NCBI GenBank assembly: GCA_031273455.1
Contig: JAISRZ010000065.1
Location: 46,907 to 110,906 of the forward strand
Length of the DNA: 64,000 nt
Reading direction: 5' to 3'
Source: Deltaproteobacteria bacterium
Lineage (GTDB): Bacteria > Desulfobacterota > Desulfarculia > Adiutricales > Adiutricaceae
Below, piece by piece: positions 39,101-46,989 of the stretch. Numbering within the stretch: the first letter of the stretch is position 1; every line of letters begins with the position of its first letter. The notes under the pieces are model-generated. The model was not told the origin of the DNA, did no database searches, and worked only from the letters and a program-made list of their open reading frames with translations. A program made the position numbers and the translations under genes.

Positions 39101-39863
39101 CGGCTATTTCGGCGGCGATCTTCTTATCGACAAAACGCTCTTGCCCCGGCTCTAACCAGTTTTTAGGGTTCCAGACCGCCGTCCAGTTAGCGGTCGCCTC
39201 CAGACCTTCGCTCAAAACCGCGTCCTGGCCCTGGCTGGCCAAGGGGTCTGGGGCGGAACTCGAAAAAACGTTAGCCGGTTGAGGCCCAAAGTTTAGCTCC
39301 ACCCCGTAATAGGTCGTGGACTTAAAGCTCTGGATGGCCTGTTCCCGTTCCACGATGATCCGTAAAGCCGGGGTCTGGACTCGACCGGCGGACAAAGTTT
39401 TGCCCGCCACCCCCGAGACCGCTGGGGAGACCCCGTAACCCACCAGACGATCCAAAGTCCGCCGCCCGAGCTGGGCTTGGACCAGATTGTCGTCAATGGG
39501 CCTGGGGTTAGCCAAGGCCTTTTTAATGGCCGGGCTGGTTATTTCCGTGTAAGTGACCCGGGGCGGGTCCACTAAGTTTAAGGCTTCCTTTAAGTGCCAA
39601 GCGATGGCCTCGCCCTCCCGGTCTGGGTCAGTGGCTAAGAAGACCTCCTCGGCTTGGTCGGTTAAAAGCTTTAGATCTTTAATGACTTTTTGCCCCCGAA
39701 GCGTGGCTTCGTATTGGGGGACAAAGTCCGGCGGGTAAACGCCCGGGTGGTTGGGCGGCAGATCCCGGACGTGACCGATACTGGCGGCCACGCGCCATCC
39801 GGCCCCTAAAAAGGACTGGATTTTTTTTATTTTACCCGGTGACTCAACGATTAAAAGCTTCAT
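36147..39863 (-). CDS. topA: DNA topoisomerase I (type IA) with 12 C-terminal C4 zinc-ribbon modules
   Basis: Toprim N-terminus MKLLIVESPGKIKKIQSFLG...VASIGHVRDLP. Active-site Tyr context GLITYMRTDS. Then 12 repeats of C-x2-C-G-x-x-L-x-H-x-V-K-x-G-P-N-G-Y-N-F-W-A-C-x4-5-C-G (zf-C4_Topoisom pattern). The start was trimmed to the Met at 39863. Confidence 0.92.
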   Translation of the reverse strand: MKLLIVESPGKIKKIQSFLGAGWRVAASIGHVRDLPPNHPGVYPPDFVPQYEATLRGQKVIKDLKLLTDQAEEVFLATDPDREGEAIAWHLKEALNLVDPPRVTYTEITSPAIKKALANPRPIDDNLVQAQLGRRTLDRLVGYGVSPAVSGVAGKTLSAGRVQTPALRIIVEREQAIQSFKSTTYYGVELNFGPQPANVFSSSAPDPLASQGQDAVLSEGLEATANWTAVWNPKNWLEPGQERFVDKKIAAEIAALKTLTAEDYEEGRAQKNPPPPFTTSTLQQAASNHLKLNPKKTMEIAQRLYEAGLITYMRTDSQALSDEAIKDIRKVAGDKNWPLPKEPRVFKAPKGAQEAHEAIRPTDMKVDKAGDDPLAQALYNLIWKRTMASQLANATYATAKATLGASLNGRKAVFEAKGRRLIEPGWKTVLTEDQADESKDRQDAAELNNPVPKLTLKANYSPIGSKVKTSKTNPPPRFTQAALIRELEKRGIGRPSTYAAILDNIMTRGYIVENKKRMLESTQLGDELISYLKSTFGFVDYEYTKLLEEKLDQIAQGQLDYLSVVSKANDVLESELKKFSVGHGANCPVCGGPLKRFVKEGPGGYRFWACLDRERCGATFKDQNNRPGAQNHKSELTNELCPKCGQNLYHIVKIGPNGYAFWACANKTQCGAIFSDNQGAPGELSGRNELTDQLCSDCGQPLNHIVKDGPTGYNFWACSNLDSCGAKFKDNNGQPGEKQGRREVSDKNCQECGQPLIHLVKDGPNGYNFWACSDRDNCGAKFKDNNGSPGEKSQRAALSDQICQSCGQPLSHLVKDGPNGYNFWACSNTQTCGAKYKDNNGSPGEKQGRREVSDELCLSCGQPLNHLVKDGPNGYNFWACSDRDNCGAKFKDNNGKPGERSQASASLTDEKCQSCGQPLNHIVKEGANGYNFWACSDRANCGSTFKDDNGKPGDKNQASSLTDEKCQSCGQPLSHIVKEGANGYNFWACSDRANCGSTFKDDNGKPGEKQGSRRNTSVQCPACGQSSLDHVIKDGPNGYNFWACSDRANCGAKFQDNNGQPGEKSGKSTLSEFKCPDCGLALNHIVKEGPNGYNFWACSDRNCGAKFQDNNGEPGEKSGKSELTSHVCEVCGQRLKRLTKDGPTGYNFWACSDRNCGTTYQDDNGAPGPKNPPRDKPVLSDFKCPACHSPLIRRKGTSRKTGEDYDFYSCSNRSCQTTYRTRNDEPVLGGAAQTTQEL
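36220..38105 (-). repeat. Coding tandem array: 12 zinc-ribbon modules of about 47-54 aa
   Basis: The array runs from CPVCGGPLKRFVKEGPGGYRFWACLDRERCG to CPACHSPLIRRKG...FYSCSNRSCQ. I counted the units from the translation. Units 7 and 8 are almost identical at DNA level. Confidence 0.9.
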
Positions 39864-40555
39864 GAAATCCTTTGTAAAATATCTATAGCGGCCTAAAATG
39901 GCCAAACTAGACGGTCAAACTAGGGACCAAAAAAGAGCCCTTAAGGTCATCGCTTGGGGGCGAAAGCGAGTTTAGACCTTAGCCTGGGGCTCTCTGGATT
40001 TTGGGCCAGTTTAAAGAGATCATACACCATATTGGTCTTTTTGTCATCTCCTGACCGCTAACACCGAAAAGATATTTAATGATATATTCGGCTTTTGTTT
40101 AAGTCTAATCATCGTTTAATTAATATTTTATACACAATTACGATAGTGAATAGCTAAATAAGTAATTATATTCTATGTATTTATAAAAACAAGTTTATTT
40201 AATGACGTATAATTATTTTTTAAGTTTTAGGTTGGGTGAATTTAGAGGGAAATTAAAGTTTAACCGGTCAGCTTTCGTCTGGCTCAAAGATACCCTTAAA
40301 CCAGGCTCTTTTAGAGCCCAATTTAGCTTAAGTGGCTTATTTAATTAGATTTTTGGCTTTAAATTGGCCAGAGAAAAATATTTTAGGCTTTGGGGCGAGG
40401 TTTTAAAAGGGCCTTAAAAGGGTTAGCGAACGGTTAAAGTTAGGTGGATTTTTTTCGAAAAAACACTATACTGACCCCCAAGAAAAAGAACCTAAAAACG
40501 CTTTTTAAAGGCCTTTTAAGGGCCTTCGCTCAATCCACCCTAAGGGGGGAAGGTT

Positions 40556-40975
40556 ATGGGCCGCGCTCCCGAAGTGGTCCACCGGATCATGGCCAAAATA
40601 AGGTCCAAGGACACGGGCCCGGAGATTAAATTGCGGAAAGCCTTATGGAGCTTAGGCTTTCGTTACCGGGTCAACGTTAAGGATCTGCCGGGCCGACCGG
40701 ATCTGGTCTTTCGGAAGGCCAAGGTGGCCGTTTTTTGCGATGGCGACTATTGGCACGGCCACAACTGGGCTTTACGGGGTTTAAGCTCTTTAGCCGAGGA
40801 ACTTGAGGGTTACGCCCCCTATTGGCGAGCCAAGATCCAAAGGAACGTTACGCGCGATCTGGTGGTCACCGATAGTTTAAAGGCTTTAGGTTTTACGGTC
40901 TTGCGTTTTTGGGCCAGCGACATTGAGCGCGATCTGGCCAAGTGCCTTTTAGCTATCCAAAAGGCTTTGCCTTAA
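40556..40975 (+). CDS. vsr: Very-short-patch repair endonuclease
   Basis: RSKDTGPEIKLRKALWSLGFRYRVN..LPGRPDLVFRKAKVAVFCDGDYWHGHNW matches Vsr family motifs. 139 aa. Confidence 0.85.
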   Translation: MGRAPEVVHRIMAKIRSKDTGPEIKLRKALWSLGFRYRVNVKDLPGRPDLVFRKAKVAVFCDGDYWHGHNWALRGLSSLAEELEGYAPYWRAKIQRNVTRDLVVTDSLKALGFTVLRFWASDIERDLAKCLLAIQKALP

Positions 40976-41014
40976 AGCTGATAGCGGCTAATAACTTAAC
41001 TATGAAGGAGTCCC

Positions 41015-41791
41015 ATGGCGCCCCCTAAATTCGAGAAGGAAACCAGGCCTAACCGATTGGAGTTTTGGAACCGGAAGGCTAAAACCTTTCCCCGCTACAG
41101 CCCAGGGGAAAACACCTATGAGGCTGGGGTTTTACAGCTGGCTAAGGATAATGGGGCGGTCTTCGCCGGGGCCCGGGTTTTAGACGTGGGGGCCGGAACC
41201 GGGCTGTACACGGTCAGGATCGCCCAAGAGGCCCAAGAAGTGGTGGCCGTGGATTTTTCTTCGGAGATGCTGGCCATTTTAGAGGAAGACGCCGCGAAAC
41301 TTAACCTCACCAACATTAAAACCCATAATATCGGTTGGCTGGAGTTTCCTTTAAACGGGGAGTTTAACGTCGTTTATTGCTCCATGTGCCCGGCCATGGG
41401 CCAGCCTGGGGGGCTGGAAAAGGTCTTAACTATCCCCAAAGCCCAAGTCGTCTATTTGGGCTGGAACGGTTTATTGCGCTCCAATGTCTTAACCGGCTTA
41501 TACGAGACTTATAAGGTCACGCCCAAAACCTTTGACTCGGCTGGCCCGACTCGGGCCTTTTTAGACGAGAATAAGGTTAAATACACGACCGCGCCGGTGG
41601 AGGGGACCTGGCGGGTCCGCTTTTCCTTGGAGCTTTTAACCGATAGCGTCGTTCAGAACTTAAGCGACTATGGGGTGGAGCCGGATCTAGACCAGATAAC
41701 CTCTTACCTCAAAACCTTTCAAGAGCCGGACGGTCAGTGCGTGGAAGTGACTGATTACAAAATTCAGATGATCCTCTGGCGCAACTCCTGA
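41015..41791 (+). CDS. Class I SAM-dependent methyltransferase (small-molecule type; no DNA-MTase motifs seen)
   Basis: Motif I VLDVGAGTGLYT and an acidic post-I residue (VVAVDFS). I found no PCQ/ENV (C5) or DPPY (N6/N4) motifs. Confidence 0.75.
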   Translation: MAPPKFEKETRPNRLEFWNRKAKTFPRYSPGENTYEAGVLQLAKDNGAVFAGARVLDVGAGTGLYTVRIAQEAQEVVAVDFSSEMLAILEEDAAKLNLTNIKTHNIGWLEFPLNGEFNVVYCSMCPAMGQPGGLEKVLTIPKAQVVYLGWNGLLRSNVLTGLYETYKVTPKTFDSAGPTRAFLDENKVKYTTAPVEGTWRVRFSLELLTDSVVQNLSDYGVEPDLDQITSYLKTFQEPDGQCVEVTDYKIQMILWRNS

Positions 41792-42134
41792 TGTTAGGTG
41801 ATTTTTGACTAGCGTTTAGCGAAAATTTTCTTAATAACGTGATAATAGCTTGTAAAGTAATTTCCTTACAATATTTTAGCTATAAATACGTTTAGCGCTG
41901 TTATTTTAAAGGATAATTAATCATTACTGGGCCGGGGAATTTTGTCAGATAAAACTGTAAACTCCCCCCTCACGTAGCCAGGGCCAAGCCAGGGAAAATG
42001 AGGGTCGATAAGCGAATCTCGCGCCAGTTTGACCAGGTCCAATGTTTTTTTTATTTTTTTGACGTTTTTTGGCCGGGCGCGTCTCTTAAACATTTTCCCT
42101 AACTATGCTATACTAAATTCTATAGGAGAGATTA

Positions 42135-43146
42135 ATGGACGATTTTAAGACCTCAACCTCTAAGAACAGACCTTCGAAATCGAAAGCCTCTAAGCCCAAG
42201 ACCTCAAAGCCTAAGGAGTTCCCATCGCCGCTGGCCGACCCGGTGTTTGGAGCGATTTTTGAGTCGGCCAACCTAAGCGGTCTGGCTCTTAAAAGTCTGG
42301 TCAACGCGATCTTGGCTGACTCCAAAGACCCAGAGATTGGCGATGTTCTGACAGTAACTCCCCAGAGAGTCCACTCGGGCGTGGGTAAACGCGGTGTTCG
42401 CCTAGACGTTGAAGCGACCACGACCACTAACGATTTTGTCAATGTCGAAGTCCAATTGCTCTCTTTTAAATTCATAAGCGATCTTCTTTTTTTGTACTCC
42501 CAGATGGCTTTAGAGTCCAACCTTAAAAGAGGAAGTAAACTCAAAGATGATTTTAAAATAAGGCCACGTTCGATCTCTGTCGGTATCCTGGACTATATCC
42601 TAAGGCCCAATGGGAAAAATTTTCATCAGGTTGCGGAACTATATTTCCGCGAAGAACCTCGGGAACTCCTGGTCAACAATTGGGAACTACACTTCCTTCA
42701 GTCGCCGATATTTTAAGAGACAAACCCTGAGGTGACCAATCCGTTTCAGCTTTGGATTATGGCTATAACCAAGGCCCCTGGCCTTAAAATATCCACGCCT
42801 AAAGGTAGTTGAAATGGATGAAAATTTGAAAAAATTTTATGAGACCGATGAGGGTTTCGCCCAGTACGTTGACCGCCATGATTTGGTAGGGTCGCGTCCG
42901 AGCGTTAAGAGAGCCTATCGTAAGTTTGCGATAGAGCAATATCTGATAGCGAGTGAAATGGCCCTTAGGTCCGCCGAGGATAAAGCCGAGGCCATCATGA
43001 ATTTATCGTTGACCGCCTTCAGGACGGGATCGTCTGAATCTGACGATCGTGGCGTCGCGGAAACATTGGAAAAAATCGGTGTCCCAAAAGACATTATCAT
43101 TAAAGCTCGGGCCATGGTCCAAGCCGAACGCAAGAAAAAAGGTTGA
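42135..43146 (+). pseudogene. Rpn-family PD-(D/E)XK nuclease / putative transposase (TIGR01784-type), split by at least two frameshifts
   Basis: The N-terminal ORF has ADPVFGAIFES...GVRLDVEATTTTNDFVNVEVQ (D...ExQ nuclease core) and ends ...ELHFLQSPIF*. A second frame reads ETNPEVTNPFQLWIMAITKA. A third frame (42814-43146) carries the family C-terminal region. Confidence 0.6.
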
Positions 43147-43820
43147 AATATCAGAAAAGTTACTTTATCAGCGCTAATAATCCTAATTTTGGTATAAAGT
43201 TAATTAGAGATAAAACAGCCTAGATTAATTAGCCTGATATATGCCTTTAAAGGCCTTAGGAGAATATTAATTAGTAAGCGCTGAATTAAGATATTCATTC
43301 ACGGTTTTTTAGGCCATTAATTCCAATTCTTAATTAATAAAAATATATTAGAAATTACTTTTGAGCTTATACACCATAAAAATTTTGTTTATTTTCTGTA
43401 TATATAAAAAATTTAGCAAAAACTTCATGAACATTGTTACTGATTTCTTATTTTGATCTTAAGCGACTAATGAATATAAATTTAATTTATGATAATTTAA
43501 AAGTAAAATGATCGACATTGTTTTTAATGAAATTTTTCTAAAAAACTGATAGAGAAGACAGTATAATCAAACTTTGAAACTATCTCTAAACCAGATACCT
43601 AAGCCTCAGGCTCTGAGGTGGGTGGGCGTCTGGTTGAACGCTGACGGAATTTTACTCTAAAAATGGTGAATTGTTTTTATCTTGACAATTAGTCGCTTTT
43701 CGTTTAATTTATTTGGGGTTTTTAATTTTAGCTTCAGGATTCAAAGGTCAGTTGAGACAGAAATTAGTTTGGCTAAAGCCCGGCCATAGGGCGCTTAAAT
43801 ATCAAAATTCTTGGCCCACA

Positions 43821-43887
43821 GGCGCGGCGGTGGTCGCGCCCAGATCCGCCCTTAACCCCTATTTGGGTTTGGCGGATTTATTTTTTT
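43821..43887 (+). promoter_or_regulatory. Structured thrS leader: a GC hairpin followed by a terminator-like hairpin plus U-tract
   Basis: ggcgcg-gcggtggt-cgcgcc (43821-43840). Then atccgcc...aaccc-ctattt-gggtt...ggcggat followed by ttattttttt (43844-43887). The structure ends about 25 nt before the thrS ATG. Confidence 0.35.
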
Positions 43888-43912
43888 CCCGACATAAGGA
43901 CAACGTTTAACG

Positions 43913-45850
43913 ATGACATCTTATAAGGTTCGCCAGGCTAACGATAAGGTTCTGGAGGTGGAATGGCCCCAGAGCCACCGGCCCAGTGGGGCCGAGCTCT
44001 TCGCCTTAGCCGGTCTACCCAAAAAGGGGCCAGGCCAGCCTTTAGCTTATCGGGACGAGCGGGGGCTCTGGGATTTAACCGCCCCGGTGACCGCCGACGC
44101 GGTCAGCCCAGTGACGGCCAAAGACCCGGAAGGGTTGGATTTGCTCCGGCATAGCGTGGCCCATATCTTAGCTGAGGCGGTCATTAAGGTCTTTCCCGAG
44201 GTCAAGGTGGCCATTGGCCCCAGTATTGAGGACGGGTTTTACTATGACTTCGATAAGCCCGAGCCTTTCACCCCGGAGGATCTTGATAAGATCGCCGCGG
44301 TCATGAGCGACATCGTTAAAGAGGGTCAACCTTTCGCCCGTCAAGATATCACCGTGGACGAGGCCATTAAGCGGTTTACCGGTTTAGGCGAAGTTTATAA
44401 AGTCGAGCTCATCGAGGACTTGGCGGCTAAAGGGGAAAGCCAAGTTAGTTTATATCAGTGCGGTAATTTTATCGATCTGTGCCGGGGCCCCCATATCCCC
44501 AACACCTCCCTGGGCGGGGCTTTTAAGCTTTTGTCCGTGGCCGGGGCTTACTGGCGGGGCGACTCCAACCGGACCATGCTCCAGCGGATCTATGGGACGG
44601 CCTTTTTTAGCCCCAAAGAGTTAAGGGTCCACTTGGACCTTTTGGAGGAGGCCAAAAAACGGGATCACCGCCGTTTAGGCCGGGAATTGGACCTTTTTTC
44701 CCTCCACGAGGATATTGGGGGCGGTTTGGTCGTCTGGCACCCCAAGGGCGCCCTTTTACGGACGATTTTGGAGGGGTTTGAGCGGGGGGAGCATCTAAAA
44801 AGAGGCTACCAGGTGGTCATGGGCCCGCAGATCTTAAAGGCCGAGCTCTGGAAGAAAAGCGGCCACTTGGATTACTACCGGGAAAACATGTATTTCACCG
44901 AGGTGGATGAGCAGCCCTACGCCATTAAACCCATGAACTGCCTTTCTCACATGTTTATTTACAAAAGCAAGATCCGCTCCTTTCGGGACTTGCCTTTGCG
45001 CTTTTTTGAGCTGGGCACGGTCCAGCGGCAAGAGAAAAGCGGGGTCCTCCACGGTCTAACCCGGGTGCGGCAGTTCACCCAGGACGACGCGCACATCTTC
45101 TGCGCCCCGGCCCAAGTGCCTGGGGAGATCCAGAAGGTCTTGGAGCTGGTCCGGGACATGATGGCCGCCTTTGGCTTTGACTACGAGATGGAACTGTCCA
45201 CCCGCCCGGAAAAGAGCATTGGCTCGGACGCCGATTGGGAACTGGCCACCGGGGCTTTGATTTCCGCCCTAAAGACCATGGATCGGCCCTACGAGTTAAA
45301 CGAGGGCGATGGGGCTTTTTATGGCCCCAAGATCGACATTAAGCTTAAGGACGCCTTAGGCCGCCGCTGGCAGTGCGCCACCATCCAGTGCGACTTCACC
45401 TTGCCTGACCGCTTTGATCTGAGTTACACCGATAGCGACAACCAGCGGAAAAGGCCGGTCATGCTCCATCGGACGGTTTTTGGCAGCTTGGAGCGGTTTA
45501 TTGGCGTTTTAATTGAGCACTTCGCCGGGGATTTTCCCGTATGGCTGGCCCCGGTCCAAGGGATCGCCTTAACCGTGACCCAAAGGGCCGATGAGGCGGC
45601 CGCGGCTTTCCAGAAGCGGTTAATAAAGCTAGGCTATCGGGTGGAATTGGACTTGAGAAACGAGAAGCTTGGCTTTAAAATACGAGAGGCTCAACTAGCC
45701 AAAATTCCTTTTATTCTAGTTTTTGGGGACAAAGAAGTGGCCGAAGGGGTGGCTTCGGTCCGGCGGCGCGGTCAGGAGCTGGGCTCCATGACTTTAGAGG
45801 CTTTGGTGGATTTATTGGGTCCCGAGGCCCAGATACCCAATTGGGATTAA
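43913..45850 (+). CDS. thrS: Threonine--tRNA ligase
   Basis: 645 aa with TGS, editing and class II core domains ([29 protein letters not shown]) and an anticodon-binding C-terminus. Confidence 0.97.
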   Translation: MTSYKVRQANDKVLEVEWPQSHRPSGAELFALAGLPKKGPGQPLAYRDERGLWDLTAPVTADAVSPVTAKDPEGLDLLRHSVAHILAEAVIKVFPEVKVAIGPSIEDGFYYDFDKPEPFTPEDLDKIAAVMSDIVKEGQPFARQDITVDEAIKRFTGLGEVYKVELIEDLAAKGESQVSLYQCGNFIDLCRGPHIPNTSLGGAFKLLSVAGAYWRGDSNRTMLQRIYGTAFFSPKELRVHLDLLEEAKKRDHRRLGRELDLFSLHEDIGGGLVVWHPKGALLRTILEGFERGEHLKRGYQVVMGPQILKAELWKKSGHLDYYRENMYFTEVDEQPYAIKPMNCLSHMFIYKSKIRSFRDLPLRFFELGTVQRQEKSGVLHGLTRVRQFTQDDAHIFCAPAQVPGEIQKVLELVRDMMAAFGFDYEMELSTRPEKSIGSDADWELATGALISALKTMDRPYELNEGDGAFYGPKIDIKLKDALGRRWQCATIQCDFTLPDRFDLSYTDSDNQRKRPVMLHRTVFGSLERFIGVLIEHFAGDFPVWLAPVQGIALTVTQRADEAAAAFQKRLIKLGYRVELDLRNEKLGFKIREAQLAKIPFILVFGDKEVAEGVASVRRRGQELGSMTLEALVDLLGPEAQIPNWD

Positions 45851-45883
45851 TCCCAGCTTTTCAGTCACAAGAGAGGTGTGAAC

Positions 45884-46417
45884 ATTAACGGTAAGCGCAA
45901 AGAATCGGACAATAAGCGGATCAACGTTAACGGCATGATAAGGGCCCCCAAGGTGCGGGTCATCACCGATGAGGGGGAACAGCTGGGCATCCTGCCCCTT
46001 AGCCAAGCCATAGGCGCGGCCCAGGAAGCGGGCTTGGATCTGGTGGAAGTGGCCCCGGAGGCGGATCCGCCGGTTTGCCGGATCATGGATTTCGGTCGCT
46101 ATAAATACCAACAGTCCAAGAAAAGCTCTGAGTCCAAAAAGAAATCCACCGTCATTGAGACTAAGGAAATCAAGTTTCGGCCCAACTCCGGCGAGCATGA
46201 CTACCAGTTTAAGCTCCGGAACATCCAGAAGTTTTTGGCCGAGAAAAACAAAATCAAGGTTTCCTTGATGTTTCGCGGTCGGGAGATCGCCCACGCCAAC
46301 TTAGGCCGCGACCTTTTGGAGCGGGTCATTCGGGACGTGGCCGAGACGGGTCAGCCCGACGCCCCGCCCAAACTGGAGGGTCGGTCCATGATCATGATCC
46401 TCTCGCCCAAATCTTAA
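45884..46417 (+). CDS. infC: Translation initiation factor IF-3 (probable AUU start)
   Basis: KRINVNGMIRAPKVRVITDEGEQLGILPL...FRPNSGEHDYQFK. The AGAGG RBS lies 7 nt before the ATT at 45884. The GTG at 45878 used by the ORF track sits only 1 nt after the RBS. Confidence 0.88.
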   Translation: MNGKRKESDNKRINVNGMIRAPKVRVITDEGEQLGILPLSQAIGAAQEAGLDLVEVAPEADPPVCRIMDFGRYKYQQSKKSSESKKKSTVIETKEIKFRPNSGEHDYQFKLRNIQKFLAEKNKIKVSLMFRGREIAHANLGRDLLERVIRDVAETGQPDAPPKLEGRSMIMILSPKS

Positions 46418-46433
46418 GGCGGTTTAAGCCATA

Positions 46434-46466
46434 AAAAACCCCGGGGGGAGCCCCCCGGGGTTTTTT
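46434..46466. terminator. Bidirectional intrinsic terminator between infC and the FmdB-like gene
   Basis: A6-ccccgggggg-ag-ccccccgggg-T6. Confidence 0.8.
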
Positions 46467-46485
46467 AAACACTTAGGTTAGCCCT

Positions 46486-46788
46486 TTAGGCTTTGGCCTC
46501 GCAAGAGGGGCAAGAGGTCGAGGTCGAGCCCGGGCAGGACCCTTTGGCCTCGGTCGATCCGGACTCAGGTTTGGCGGCCCCGGTCGGGCTAGCGGCGCAA
46601 GGGGCCGGCTTTTTGGCGTAGTCAGTGGCGTACCAACCGCCGCCTTTCAGTTGGAAGCTATTAACGCTCATAAGTTTGGACAATTGACCGCCGCAGCGGG
46701 GGCAGACCGTCAAAGGCGCGTCCGAGAACTTCTGCAGGGTTTCGGTAACCTCGTGGCAGCTATGGCACTGATACTCATAGAGAGGCAT
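46486..46788 (-). CDS. FmdB-family zinc-ribbon protein
   Basis: MPLYEYQCHSCHEVTE...CPRCGG, plus a Cys-rich tail. The start was trimmed to the Met at 46788. Confidence 0.8.
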   Translation of the reverse strand: MPLYEYQCHSCHEVTETLQKFSDAPLTVCPRCGGQLSKLMSVNSFQLKGGGWYATDYAKKPAPCAASPTGAAKPESGSTEAKGSCPGSTSTSCPSCEAKA

Positions 46789-46989
46789 TTTAGACTCCAA
46801 AAAGCAATAAGATTAATTAATTAAATCATTTAAGGGCCATTTAGGCGCCAATCAACCCCAACCTTTCGGCCCCGAAAAAAACGAACTTAGGGTCAAACAA
46901 CTGGCGTCTATAAATTTAGGCGCCTTCTGTTGATTTGTCAAGGGCTAGGGGCGAATTTTTTTTCCCCTAAGGCTATATTAAAGCGTTTT

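Noticed and set aside
43812-43840. Possible T-box riboswitch core (GGCGGTGGTCGCGCC versus the T-box GGGUGGUACCGCG)
   Set aside because: The resemblance is partial. I could not find Stem I features (GA/K-turn, AG bulge, or a specifier loop with an ACC codon in context) upstream. It is kept only as an unspecified structured leader and needs an Infernal scan.
43713-43910. 65-aa ORF immediately upstream of thrS
   Set aside because: It starts at a non-ATG codon, has no RBS, and coincides with hairpins of the putative thrS leader. It is more likely non-coding.
45812-46294. 160-aa minus-strand ORF
   Set aside because: It is antisense to infC, whose IF-3 motifs are unambiguous.
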